Of a stretch of DNA of 64,000 bases, positions 49,869 through 62,432 are shown piece after piece. Within the stretch, counting starts at the first letter, position 1. Every line of letters starts with the position of its first letter. Under the pieces are notes generated by a model. The model searched no databases. It saw only the letters and a program-made list of their open reading frames with translations, and was not told where the DNA came from. The translations under genes were made by a program, and so were the position numbers. The stretch comes from an uncultured delta proteobacterium (GTDB taxonomy: Bacteria; Myxococcota_A; Polyangia; Fen-1088): positions 2,144,001-2,208,000 of the forward strand of contig CAVYGB010000008.1 in NCBI GenBank assembly GCA_963767925.1, read 5' to 3'.

Positions 49869-50830
49869 TCACTCCACGAGGGAGAAGAACCGGCGCCAGC
49901 GGATCGCGGAGAACCACTCCTTGGCCGCCGAGACCGAGGCCCCGCCGTTGGTGGGACCGCGCGACCACCAGACGATCAGCGCCCGTCCCTTGATCAGCTC
50001 CTGGGGAACCGTGCCCCACACCCGGGAGTCGTTGGAGTTGTCCCGGTTGTCGCCCATCACGAAGACATGGCCTTCCGGCACCACCTGCCCGCCCCAGTCC
50101 CCGCCGCCGTGGGGGTTGTGGATGGTGTTGTGCAGGCGCCCGTCGAGGTTCTCCAGCCAGCGCTCGCACTCCCGCTCGTGGCGGAGGCCGTCGACGGGAG
50201 GACCGTCCTCGTAGCGGCAGACCTCCTTGACGAACTCCCGGGACATGGGCCGGCCGTTGATGAAGATCTCGTTCTTGCGGACCTCCACCTTCTCGCCCGG
50301 GAGGGCCACCACCCGCTTGATGTAGTCGACGTCGGGATCGAGGGGGAAGCGAAAGACGATGATGTCACCCCGCTTGGGCTGACCGAACCGCACCAGCCGC
50401 TTATGGGTGAAGGGGATGCTGATGCCGTAGGAGAACTTTGAGACGAAGATGTGGTCGCCGATCTCGAGCGTCGGGATCATCGAGCCCGAGGGGATCTGGA
50501 AGGCCTCCACCACGAAGGCCCGCAGCAGCAGGGCGATGGCCACCGCCACCCCGATCGATTCGGCATATTCGCGCAGCGACGACTTGCGGGCGAAGGCCAG
50601 GTGCTCGTCCATCTTCTCGTCGAGGCGAGAGAGGGCCTGGCGGGTCCGCTCGTGGTCTTCGCCCTTGAGCGACAGCTCCACCTCGTTGACCGCCGACTCC
50701 ACCTCGCTCACAACGGCGTCGGGGATGCGGTAGCGCTTCTTCTTGATAATGCGCCGCGCTTCGTGCGCCAGATGACGCGCTTCTGCCTGCGCCCGCCGGC
50801 GGAGCCGCTGCTGCTTCCACTTTTCGAACA

Positions 50831-50834
<4 letters not shown>
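49869..50834 (-). CDS. lepB: Signal peptidase I
   Basis: [13 protein letters not shown] (catalytic Ser), [15 protein letters not shown] (Lys), [15 protein letters not shown] overlap with lepA. Confidence 0.96.
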
Positions 50835-52645
<1,811 letters not shown>

Positions 52646-52652
52646 GGGGGGC

Positions 52653-52838
52653 TTACTTGCGAACGACGTCCAGGCTCAGCTGACCAGGCAAGCGGTCGCG
52701 CTCCCGCTCGAGGACGAGATCGATGCCCTGCCGGATGTATTCGGCCACGGGAACCTTCGTCTTCTCGTGCAGCAGCTTGAGCAGCTCGTTCTGCTCCGGT
52801 GTGATGTACACGGTGGTCGAGATCTTCTTCCGCGCCAT
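52653..52838 (-). CDS. Ribbon-helix-helix DNA-binding protein
   Basis: [43 protein letters not shown] shows the beta-strand plus two helices RHH pattern. Confidence 0.85.
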   Translation of the reverse strand: MARKKISTTVYITPEQNELLKLLHEKTKVPVAEYIRQGIDLVLERERDRLPGQLSLDVVRK

Positions 52839-53081
52839 CGGTTCGATGCCGAGACCATGCATGACCATATGTGGCTAGTCAATGACCGATGTCCCGGGCA
52901 GGAGCAAGGGCCTGCCCCGACCTCGCCCGACCGACGGTGCCGGGGTAATCCCCGAATCGCAGCTCTGCCCGCAGCCCTCCACACCCCCTCGCCCAGCTCG
53001 CCACCAGCGTGCCGGTGAAGCCCGGCCGGGCACGCGCCTACTCCCTTGAGTGAATTGCGATTTGCGTCTAACCTAATGGTC

Positions 53082-53837
53082 ATGATTCAATCCGCCCTTT
53101 TTGTGTCCGGGCTCCCTGCGAGGCGCCCCGCAGCCTGGTTGCTCGCTGGGCTGGGATCCCTCCTGGCCGCTCAGCTCGGCTGCGGCAGCTCCAGCGCCAA
53201 GGGCGGCGACTCCACCGCCGCCTCCGCCGCCGGCATGACCACCTCGGTGGACAAGTCCCGCTGCGACGACCGGGGCAAACAGGTGATCACCGCCGACACG
53301 AACGGAGACAAGAAGCCGGACGTGCTCAAGCTGTACGCCAGCGGCAAGGACACGCAGCAGCTCGTTTGCAAGCAGGTCGACCTCAACGGGGATACCAAGG
53401 TCGACATCGTCTACCACTACGGGGACGACAGCGCCTTGACCTTCGAGGAGTTCGATCTCGACTTCGACGGCCGCTTCGACCTGCGGGCGTTTTACCAGGC
53501 CGGTCGCAAGGTGCGCGAGGAGCTCGACACCAACTACGATCAGCGGGTCGACTTCACGAAGTACTACGAGGGCGACAAGCTGGTCCGGGTCGAGCGGGAC
53601 GCCAACAACGACGGCCGCGTCGACGAGTGGCAATATTACGAGGCCGGCAAGCTCGACCGGATCGGCTTCGACAGCACCGGATCGGGACGCGTCGACCGCT
53701 GGGAACGGGCCCCCGACGAGGCGGCCGCGGCCAGCGCCGCCGAGAGCGGCGGCGCCCCGCCCGCCGGCACGGTCCCCGCCGGCACGCCCCCCGCCGGGGC
53801 GCCCACCGCACCCACCGCGCCCCCACCTTCGAACTGA
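53082..53837 (+). CDS. Lipoprotein with repeated Dx[DN]xDG(K/R)xD calcium-binding-type loops
   Basis: Lipobox QLGC. Loops DTNGDKKPD, DLNGDTKVD, DLDFDGRFD, DTNYDQRVD, DANNDGRVD, DSTGSGRVD. Exact start uncertain (53046-53082). Confidence 0.75.
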   Translation: MIQSALFVSGLPARRPAAWLLAGLGSLLAAQLGCGSSSAKGGDSTAASAAGMTTSVDKSRCDDRGKQVITADTNGDKKPDVLKLYASGKDTQQLVCKQVDLNGDTKVDIVYHYGDDSALTFEEFDLDFDGRFDLRAFYQAGRKVREELDTNYDQRVDFTKYYEGDKLVRVERDANNDGRVDEWQYYEAGKLDRIGFDSTGSGRVDRWERAPDEAAAASAAESGGAPPAGTVPAGTPPAGAPTAPTAPPPSN

Positions 53838-53957
53838 GCGGCGTTGCCCCCAGGTGGGCGGCGGTGAGAGATCCGCCTGCCAGGTAGGGGCCCTCCCAGC
53901 TTGGTGTGAGTCAGTGTGTAACTGGCATTACAATCGAAAATAGAGATAATAAACGGG

Positions 53958-54311
53958 ATGTCCACCATGACGAAGGCGAGCGATCGGCGGTCGGCCCCCC
54001 GGATGGCGCTGGATGCGGCCGCGGTGATTCGGTTCGAGTCGGTGGGACCCGAGTTCCGCTCCCGGATCATCAATGCCAGCCGCAACGGCATCCTCCTGGC
54101 TATGCCCGAGCAGCGACCCCTGGGCACGCGGATGCACGTAACCGTGCGCATCGGAGATCCACCTTTCGAGATCAAGTTGAGCGGGCTGGTGGTGCACGTG
54201 GCCGACAACCCCTCGGCGCCGCCCGGCTTCACCACCCAGGTGGGTGTGTTCCTGACCGAGGTGGGCCCGGCCTGGGAGTCGCTCTGCCGACGGATCAGCG
54301 AGAGCCAGTAG
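53958..54311 (+). CDS. Single-domain PilZ protein
   Basis: DRRSAPR (RxxxR) and INASRNG ([D/N]xSxxG) c-di-GMP-binding motifs. C-terminal VGVFL. Confidence 0.85.
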   Translation: MSTMTKASDRRSAPRMALDAAAVIRFESVGPEFRSRIINASRNGILLAMPEQRPLGTRMHVTVRIGDPPFEIKLSGLVVHVADNPSAPPGFTTQVGVFLTEVGPAWESLCRRISESQ

Positions 54312-54331
54312 TCTGGGTCGATGTGGGTGGG

Positions 54332-54405
54332 TGGCGGATCAGGGAATCGAACCCCGGACCCGGCGCGTATGAAACGCCTGCTCTAACCATCTGAGCTAAT
54401 CCGCC
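54332..54405 (-). tRNA. tRNA-Met (CAT), elongator type
   Basis: Reverse complement GGCGGATTAGCTCAGATGGTTAGAGCAGGCGTTTCATACGCGCCGGGTCCGGGGTTCGATTCCCTGATCCGCCA. Paired acceptor stem with G1-C72, anticodon loop TTCATAC, T-loop GTTCGATTC. The discriminator is followed by CCCA rather than an exact CCA. Confidence 0.93.
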
Positions 54406-54469
54406 GTGCTTCGCGACCGGTGCTTCCAGGGCATCCTGGCTTCACCGTCGGGTTGTGTGGAGCCCGCCG

Positions 54470-54497
54470 ATTTTGCTCAGCAGCGCGGATCTGTCAA
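54470..54497 (-). promoter_or_regulatory. Candidate sigma-70 promoter for tRNA-Met
   Basis: Minus-strand TTGACA (54497-54492), 16-bp spacer, CAAAAT (54475-54470), about 65 bp upstream of the tRNA. Confidence 0.45.
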
Positions 54498-54546
54498 GCA
54501 CGCCCTTGCACAGTTGCGCCTCCTTGACTTTGTCAGCTTCGCCTTC

Positions 54547-54576
54547 TTGACTGTCCGCACAGCCTCCCCGTATAAC
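54547..54576 (+). promoter_or_regulatory. Candidate sigma-70 promoter for the DUF507 gene (near-leaderless transcript)
   Basis: TTGACT (54547-54552), 18-bp spacer, TATAAC (54571-54576). The ATG at 54589 has no obvious RBS. Confidence 0.55.
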
Positions 54577-54588
54577 CCCCGCCAGTCG

Positions 54589-55101
54589 ATGAAGCTCTAT
54601 GCGGGCAAGATACCGGTCATCGGCGCTGAGCTCGTGCGGTCGCTGATCGCAGACGGAGACATCGCCGTTCTCGACCGCGCCGAGGCCGAGCTGGACGTTC
54701 AGGCCGTGCTCAAGGAGTACCTCCGCCTGGACAAGGAGATCACGGAGAAGTCCAAGGACCTGCTCCAGAAGCGCAACCTGCCCTACGAGCAGTTCGGCAA
54801 GGTCAAGCGGTCTATCGCCCAGGAGAAGGGCTTCGGCCTCGGGGACGACGCCCTCGACTGGATGACCAACCAGATGATCGAGTCGTTCATGCAGTCCTCC
54901 CACATCGAAGAGGTGTTCGCGGAGGACGGCGTCTTGCGCCGGAAGATGACCGACGTGCTCAAGAAGCACATGATGGTCGAAGAGGAGCTCGACGCCGAGG
55001 TCCGCCGCCGCATCAAGAACCTGGAAGAGGGGACCTCCACCTGGGAGGTCGAGTACCAGCGGGCCCTCGAGCAGATCAAGCGGAACCGCGGCCTGGATTA
55101 G
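54589..55101 (+). CDS. DUF507 family protein
   Basis: MKLYAGKIPVIGAELVRSL...EEELDAEVRRRIKNLEEG...IKRNRGL matches the deltaproteobacterial DUF507 pattern as I recall it. Confidence 0.75.
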   Translation: MKLYAGKIPVIGAELVRSLIADGDIAVLDRAEAELDVQAVLKEYLRLDKEITEKSKDLLQKRNLPYEQFGKVKRSIAQEKGFGLGDDALDWMTNQMIESFMQSSHIEEVFAEDGVLRRKMTDVLKKHMMVEEELDAEVRRRIKNLEEGTSTWEVEYQRALEQIKRNRGLD

Positions 55102-55855
55102 CCCGCGGCGGCCCCGCGGACCTCCGGCCACCGCCGGGCGGGGCGCCCGCTTCGGGCGAAGGCGGACCGGGGGGCCGGTCCCGGTCGCGCGCCAGGTGGA
55201 CCACGGTGCGCACCAGCTTGTCGATGGCCTGACCGGCCTGACCGAGGTGGAGCTCCTCGTGGAGGAAGCCGCCGGTGCTGATGACCCGGCTCTTCTTGTC
55301 GATGAAGATGTCGTTTATCGCGCTGGGGCGAATGTCGGCGCCCATGACGGCGGCGTGTTTCGTGGCGGTCACGGTGCGGGGCCCCAGCGTGAGGCGCACG
55401 CCCGCGACCGGCCCCAGCACCCGCGCCGCCAGGACCGAGGCCAGCCCGATGAACCCCATCGGCCGGTGGGTGCCCAGGGCCGCCTTGAGCAGCCGGACAA
55501 CGTCGGGGTGGATGTCGCAGAGCTGGGCCTTCAGGGCATAGTTCGAGAGGATGGTGCCCACCCCGGCCCCACCGGGCACGATGAGGGCGTCGAACTGGTC
55601 CACCGCCGTCGCCCCGAGATCCAGGATCGGCCCTCGGGACAGGCGGGCCGCCTCGACCAGCGGCTGCCGGGTGGCCCCCGCCACCACCTGGTTGAGCAGG
55701 TGATCGAACACCGGCGCCAGCGGCTGCGCCGGCGCGGCACAGATACCCCGCGCACCGCTTCGCTCGATCGAGAGCAGCGTCAGCAGCGCCTCGTGGGGAT
55801 CACTGCCGTCGCCAGCGCCGCACCCCGACAGAAGCACGAGCACGCGCTTGGGCAT
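55076..55855 (-). CDS. elbB: ElbB/ES1-like DJ-1/PfpI-family protein lacking the nucleophile-elbow Cys
   Basis: RVLVLLSGCGAGDGSDPHEA, LVEAARLSRG, DALIVPGGAG. Reads PMGFIGLAS where the family normally has G-x-I-C-I-A-P. Confidence 0.75.
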   Translation of the reverse strand: MPKRVLVLLSGCGAGDGSDPHEALLTLLSIERSGARGICAAPAQPLAPVFDHLLNQVVAGATRQPLVEAARLSRGPILDLGATAVDQFDALIVPGGAGVGTILSNYALKAQLCDIHPDVVRLLKAALGTHRPMGFIGLASVLAARVLGPVAGVRLTLGPRTVTATKHAAVMGADIRPSAINDIFIDKKSRVISTGGFLHEELHLGQAGQAIDKLVRTVVHLARDRDRPPGPPSPEAGAPPGGGRRSAGPPRANPGRGSA

Positions 55856-55902
55856 CTCTCTTGGCTATCAGATGGGGCTTCGGCCGCCAAGCGGCGCCGC
55901 GC

Positions 55903-57021
<1,119 letters not shown>

Positions 57022-57025
<4 letters not shown>

Positions 57026-58149
57026 GCGTGCGCTCCTCCCCGCAGCAGCAACATCGCGTCGCCGTAGCTGTAGAACCGGTAGCCGGAGCCGATGGCCTCG
57101 GCGTAGGCCTCCATCACGCGCTCGCGCCCGGCGAAGGCCGCCACCAGCATCAGCAGCGTGGAGCGCGGCAGGTGGAAGTTGGTGATGAGGTCGGTGACGA
57201 CCTGAAACGGGCTGCCCGGCAACAGGTAGAGGTCGGTCGTGCCGCTGCAGGCCCGGACCCCGCCGGTGCGCGCCACCGCCTCGAGCGTGCGCACCACCGT
57301 GGTCCCGACGGCGACGATGGGTCGTCCCTCGCTCCGGGCGCGCAGGACCGCCGCCGCGGTGGCCTCGGGGATCTCGTAGGCCTCGGGGTCCATCTGGTGC
57401 TCCCTCGGGTCTTCGGCGGTCACCGGGCGAAACGTCCCGGGTCCGACGTGCAGCGTGAGGCGGGCCAGCTCGTGCCCGTCCCGCTCGAGGTCGGCCAGCA
57501 GCGACTCGGTGAAGTGGAGGCCCGCGGTGGGCGCGGCCACCGCCCCGGGCGCCCGGGCATACACGGTCTGGTAACGCTGCCGGTCGGCCGCGCCAGCCGC
57601 CGGGACGGGCTCTGCCGGGTCAGTCCGCTTGCGGGCCGCCTCTATGTAAGGCGGCAACGGGACCGATCCCAGCCGTTCACAAAGCCCCAGCACCCCGCCG
57701 GCACCGTCTCCGCGGATCCGGGCGAAAGCGGATCCGCGCGCACCCTTCTCGACCACGACCGCTTCCGCCCCATCTTCGAAGAGGATGCGCCCTTTCGCAC
57801 CGCCCCCCATACCTCGGAGCAGGACCTCCCACATTTCCTCCCAACTTTCTCCGGAGTGATTAAGATGCGGCGTGTTCTGGCCCTGCACCCGTCTAACGAG
57901 CAGCAACTCAGCGCGTCCTCCGGTTGGTTTTTTTCCCACCAGGCGCGCCGCGATGACACGGGTATCATTCAGGACCACGAGCGACCTTGGCCTCAGTAGC
58001 CCCGAAATATTACGAAAACTAGCGTGCCGCCTAGCGTTGGTGGGAATATCCAGGGTGAGCAGCTTGGCCGCGTCGCGATCAGCCATCGGGTGGGTCGCAA
58101 CGCAGCCCGCAGGTAATTCGTAGTTAAAATCTTGGATTCGCAGGTACAC
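57022..58149 (-). CDS. queA: S-adenosylmethionine:tRNA ribosyltransferase-isomerase
   Basis: [33 protein letters not shown]...[52 protein letters not shown]. Start uncertain (GTG 58149 after AAGGAA). Confidence 0.96.
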
Positions 58150-58172
58150 TTCCTTGATCGGGGAACTGCAGA

Positions 58173-58863
58173 ATGCCTGGCATTCCTTCAAAATCAAGCG
58201 CCGAGGGCCGGGGGCAAAACAGTGCCCCCGTGGAGCTAGTCCTTCGGAGCCGGCAAGAGTTCCTCGCCGGTTACGACGCCACCTTGCCGTACGGAGGGGT
58301 CTTTTGCCCTACCCGCCGCAAGGCCAACAAGGGTGCTCCCGCCACCGTCAAAGTCAATCTGGGCCGCCGCCAGCCACCGCTGGTGATCGCGGGCCGGGTG
58401 GTATGGCGTCGGCCCGGCCGGCACCTGCAGAAGATCCGCGCCGGCATCTGTGTGGAGTTCTCGGCCACCGAGAAGGCCAAGATCGACTACCTGCTCGACC
58501 TGGCCAAGGCCGGCGAAGCGGTGCGCAGCCGGCGCCGGCACGAGCGGTTGCCGGTCGAGATCCCGGTCAACTGGCATCTGCCCGGGGTGGGCGCGCCCGC
58601 GCGGGGCGTCCTGCGGGACATCGGTCGGGGGGGCGCCTTCGTTCGCTCGAGCTCGCCGGTCGCCGAGTGACGCCGAAGTGGTCCTCGAGCTGTCGCCCCC
58701 GGGCGCCCAGGTAGCCATGGCGTTCACCGCCCGGGTGGCCTGGACCGCGGCGCAGGGGCCCGAGGCGGGCTTCGGCGTGGAATGGCGGGCCCGGGACGCC
58801 GGCGGCGGCAAACGCATCCGCGAGCTGGTCCGACGCCTGACCTCCGCGGTCGGCATCGTCTGA
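58173..58863 (+). CDS. Tandem PilZ-domain protein (TIGR02266-like), with one +1 frameshift near 58660
   Basis: PYGGVFCPT...GRVVWRR...GICVEF; RRRHER...RDIGRGGAFV; then in the next frame ARVAW...GFGVEW. The start may be GTG 58230. Confidence 0.8.
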
Positions 58864-58898
58864 CCGTCCGATCCGGGTCGAGGCGGGCGTCCCGCGCG

Positions 58899-60077
58899 TC
58901 AGAAGTTGATCCCGAGGGCGTAGACCGTGCCGCTGTTGGCCAGCGCGAACACGGTGCGGCCATCGGCGCCCAGGGTCGCCCCCGCGCACATGCCCCGCCC
59001 GGGGTTGAAGATCTCCAGCAGGCGCCCGTGCTCGCGGTCGACGATGAACAGGCCGGCGCGGCTGCCCGAAAACAGGAGGTAGGGTCCCACGCCGAAGGGC
59101 GGCGTCAGATCGCCCGCCTCGGCGAGCGCCTGGCGCCACAAGATGTCTCCCGAGGTCGTGAGCGCGGTGAGGCCGTCGCGCGGCGCGGAGAAATACAGCC
59201 GGCCATCGATCACCCGCACGCTGCTGGCACCCTCGACACCCAGTCGCCAGCGGACGTCCCCGTTGCCGACCGTCAGGGCATACAGCCCGCCCGAATAGGA
59301 GGAGGCCAGCAGGAGGTCCTCGCCGAACAGCGCGGGCGTCGCGTCCACGTCGACGTATTGCTCCGAGGCGGTGGCCAGCGAACGGGCCCACACCAGGTCG
59401 CCGGTGCCGGCGTTGAGCGCCACCAGGTAGCCGTCGGAGAAGCCGGTGTAGACGAGGCCCCGGTGCAGCTTGGGACCGGCGTGACCGTGGATGGTGAAGC
59501 CCTCGGGCGAGTCGCGCTCGTATTGCCAGAGCAGGCGGCCGCTCCGGGGCTCCAGGGCGACGACTCGGTCGGTGGCGGAGGCGACGTAGATCGCGTCTCC
59601 GCCCAGCTCCGGCCGGCGCTCGATGGCGCCCTGGCCCTTGTACGACCAGCGGACCGCGCCGCTCTTGGGATCCAGGGCATAGACGAGGCCGTCGTCGGTC
59701 CCGAGATAGACCTGCCGGTGGACGTCGTCGTAACGCGCCTCCGAGTCGATCCCACCCGACAGCGGCGTCGACCAGATCTGGTGGCCGTCCCGGAGATCGA
59801 GGGCCACCACGTTCCCGGCGCGCGAGCCGATGACGAGCTGATCGCCGATGATCACCCCGCTGGCGCACTCCTCCGGCCGGGGCTCGAACAGGCCCCGCTG
59901 GTGGATGGCGGTCCGCCAGCGCAGCGTGGTCACGCCGGCCGGGTAGTCCCGCTCGGGAGCCTCCGCCCGCCGGGCGGTGGCGCCCGCACATCCGAAGCCA
60001 GCGGCGACGAGGAAGGCCAGCAGCCCGCTGGCCACCGCACGAGGGGAACGCAGCAGCCGGCGCGCGTTCACGGTCAC
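58899..60077 (-). CDS. bamB: PQQ-like beta-propeller lipoprotein (BamB-like)
   Basis: GTGA overlap, lipobox GFGC, repeated YALDPKSGAVRW-type blades, DVDATP. Position after der-yfgM matches the conserved gene order. Confidence 0.75.
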   Translation of the reverse strand: MTVNARRLLRSPRAVASGLLAFLVAAGFGCAGATARRAEAPERDYPAGVTTLRWRTAIHQRGLFEPRPEECASGVIIGDQLVIGSRAGNVVALDLRDGHQIWSTPLSGGIDSEARYDDVHRQVYLGTDDGLVYALDPKSGAVRWSYKGQGAIERRPELGGDAIYVASATDRVVALEPRSGRLLWQYERDSPEGFTIHGHAGPKLHRGLVYTGFSDGYLVALNAGTGDLVWARSLATASEQYVDVDATPALFGEDLLLASSYSGGLYALTVGNGDVRWRLGVEGASSVRVIDGRLYFSAPRDGLTALTTSGDILWRQALAEAGDLTPPFGVGPYLLFSGSRAGLFIVDREHGRLLEIFNPGRGMCAGATLGADGRTVFALANSGTVYALGINF

Positions 60078-60829
60078 TTGTTCTCGAGGACCGCCAGGCG
60101 GGCGTTGATCTCTTCCTTGAGCGCGCTCTGGGGGACCTCGCTCAGGATGCTGCGGTAGAGCTTCTCCGCGTCCTTGGGCGAACCCTTCCGCTCGAGGACC
60201 CGGGCCTGGTTGAACAGCGCCCGGTCGCGCAGGAAGTTGCCCTCCTCGCGCGCGTGGTCGGCCAGGCGGGAGAACCCCGCTACCGCCTTGTCGAGCTGGC
60301 CGCTGGCCTCCTGGGCGTAGGCCAGGCCCTCGAGCGCCAGGAACCGCAGCCGCGTGTCGATCGATCCGACGAGCTCCGAGTAGATGGTGACCGCCTCGCC
60401 GGCCCGATCCAGCCCGACCAGGTAACGCGCCTTGAGCAGGAGCGCCTCGTCGCGCAGGGAGCTCCCGCCGTATTGGCCCAGGAAGGTGTCGGCCTCCTTG
60501 AGGGCCGCCGCCAGCCGCTCCCGTTCCGTCTTGAGCGTCGGCAGATCGGGATCCGGCGCCGACTCGGCCGGAGCCGCCGTCACGCCGTCGGCCGGGGCCA
60601 GGGGCGCGTTGGCGATCCGGTGAATCCGGGAGAAAGCCCGCGAGGCGGCCTCCGCCTTGCCCGTGCGGAAGGTCTGGGCCCCCCAACCGAGCGCGCAGAG
60701 CGCCGCCAGCCCCACCAGGCCCAGGGCGACCGCTTTCTTGCGCTCACCCAGCCAGGTGCCGGCCCGGCCCCAGAAACTGACGAACTGGTCCGGGCCCTTG
60801 AGCTCCTTGTTGATCTTCTTGGACGCCAC
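60074..60829 (-). CDS. YfgM-family membrane-anchored TPR protein
   Basis: KELKGPDQF, a single N-terminal TM helix, TPR helices. Lies between der and bamB. Confidence 0.8.
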   Translation of the reverse strand: MASKKINKELKGPDQFVSFWGRAGTWLGERKKAVALGLVGLAALCALGWGAQTFRTGKAEAASRAFSRIHRIANAPLAPADGVTAAPAESAPDPDLPTLKTERERLAAALKEADTFLGQYGGSSLRDEALLLKARYLVGLDRAGEAVTIYSELVGSIDTRLRFLALEGLAYAQEASGQLDKAVAGFSRLADHAREEGNFLRDRALFNQARVLERKGSPKDAEKLYRSILSEVPQSALKEEINARLAVLENK

Positions 60830-60890
60830 GGCCTGGAGATAACAAAGCGCAGGGGTCCGGTCAATGTGGCCCTCCCACCTCCGGGCCTTC

Positions 60891-62432
60891 CTAGTCGCGG
60901 CTCGGCTTCTTGTGGGGCCGCAGGATCACCCGGATCGGGCTGCCGGCGAAGCCGTAGATGTCGCGGAGCTGGTTGACCAGGTAGCGCCGATAGGGAGAGC
61001 CCACCGCGGCGGGGGCGTTCGCGCTCACGTAGAAGGTGGGGGGGCACACATCCGCCTGGGTGGCGTAATACAGCTTGACGTGACGGCCTCCCGGGCCCGA
61101 CGGGGGCGGCCGCCGGGTGACGATCTCCTCGAAGCGTTTGTTTAGATCCGAGGTCCCAACCCGGCGGCACCACTCATGAAAGGCCCGCTGACAAGCGCCC
61201 GGGAGGTCGACCACGCCCCGGCCGGTGCGGGCCGAGGTCAACACCGTGGTCGCGTAAGACATGAAGGCCAGCTCTTTCCGGGCAGCCTCGATGCGGGCGT
61301 CCAGCTCGGCGCGCGGGATGAGGTCGCTCTTGTTGAGCACGATGACCGTGGCCCGGCCCGACTCCTCGATGATGTTGGCCAGCTTGGCGTCCTCGGCGGT
61401 GGCGCCCCGCTGGATGTCGATGACCAGGGCGGCCACGTCGGCCCGGGCGAGCTGATCCCGCGCCATCTTGGCCGCGACCGCCTCGGTGAGGGTGTCGATC
61501 GACCGGCGGCGCCTCACCCCGGCGGTGTCCACCAGGACGAAGTCCTGCTCGCCGATCCGGAAGGGGGTGTCGATCGGGTCGCGGGTGGTCCCCGGCTCGT
61601 GGTGGACTAGCACCCGCTCCTCGCCGAGCAAGCGGTTGACCATCGAGGACTTGCCCACGTTGGGCTTGCCGACGAAGGCCACCCGGATCGGGCCGTCGGG
61701 GGGACGCCGGGGGGCGCGTCTGCCCGCCCTTTCGGCTTGCTCCTCGCCTTCCCCGGCTTGCTCCTCGCCTTCCCCAACCTCCTGGCCCTCGGCGGTCTCT
61801 TCGACCTCCGCTTCGCCAGGCTCCGCGTCGTCCGCCGGCGGTTCGCCGTCGTCACCCTCGAATTCGTCCTCGGCGGGGGCGGTCTCCTGGACGATGGCCG
61901 CCGGCCCCAGCTCGGCGACGAGGGCGTCGAGCAGATCGCCAATGCCACGGCCGTGGCTGGCGGAGACGGGATAGACCCGCTGAAAGCCCAGCCGGTACAC
62001 CTCCGCGACAGCGGCGGTCCGGGCCTCGGAGTCGGCCTTGTTGGCGGCGATGAAGACCGGCTTGCCAGTCCGGCGCAGCACCTGCGCCACGTCCTCGTCG
62101 ACCGCGGTGAGGCCCTCGCGGACGTCGACGACGAACACGAGGATCGCCCCCTCGTCCACCGCCCGCAGGGTCTGGGCGCGCATGGCCCCGAGGATCCCGA
62201 CCGCCGAGGGATCGAGGCCCCCGGTGTCGACGATCCGGAAGCGGGCCCGATCCCACTCGCAGACCCCGTAGCGCCGGTCGCGGGTGACGCCCGGGACATC
62301 TTCCACCAGCGCGGGTCGGCCACCGACGAGCCGGTTGAAGAGGGAGGACTTGCCCACGTTGGGGCGGCCGACGAGGGCCACCAGGGGGCGGTCCTTCGTG
62401 TCGGGCGCTTCGGGTTTGTGACGGCGGCCCAC
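60891..62432 (-). CDS. der: Ribosome biogenesis GTPase Der (EngA)
   Basis: Two G domains: GRPNVGKS/GVTRDR/DTGG/NKAD and GKPNVGKS/GTTRD/DTAG/NKSD. KH-like C-terminus with YRRYLVNQLR. Confidence 0.97.
   Translation of the reverse strand: MGRRHKPEAPDTKDRPLVALVGRPNVGKSSLFNRLVGGRPALVEDVPGVTRDRRYGVCEWDRARFRIVDTGGLDPSAVGILGAMRAQTLRAVDEGAILVFVVDVREGLTAVDEDVAQVLRRTGKPVFIAANKADSEARTAAVAEVYRLGFQRVYPVSASHGRGIGDLLDALVAELGPAAIVQETAPAEDEFEGDDGEPPADDAEPGEAEVEETAEGQEVGEGEEQAGEGEEQAERAGRRAPRRPPDGPIRVAFVGKPNVGKSSMVNRLLGEERVLVHHEPGTTRDPIDTPFRIGEQDFVLVDTAGVRRRRSIDTLTEAVAAKMARDQLARADVAALVIDIQRGATAEDAKLANIIEESGRATVIVLNKSDLIPRAELDARIEAARKELAFMSYATTVLTSARTGRGVVDLPGACQRAFHEWCRRVGTSDLNKRFEEIVTRRPPPSGPGGRHVKLYYATQADVCPPTFYVSANAPAAVGSPYRRYLVNQLRDIYGFAGSPIRVILRPHKKPSRD
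61733..61774. repeat. Perfect 2 x 21-bp tandem duplication in the acidic linker of der
   Basis: cggcttgctcctcgccttccc occurs twice in tandem, in the stretch encoding GEGEEQAGEGEEQA. Confidence 0.85.

Noticed and set aside
54300..54420. tRNA-Met as an integration site for a mobile element
   Set aside because: I saw no integrase, no duplicated tRNA 3' end and no foreign cargo nearby.
58100..58140. AT-rich tract as a dif site or replication origin
   Set aside because: It has only a partial GTTAAA resemblance, lies inside the queA coding sequence, and I saw no XerC/XerD arm structure or DnaA boxes.
58150..58260. preQ1 riboswitch upstream of queA-tgt
   Set aside because: I could not find a class I P1 stem with an A-rich tail. 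An Infernal/Rfam scan would be needed to exclude it fully.
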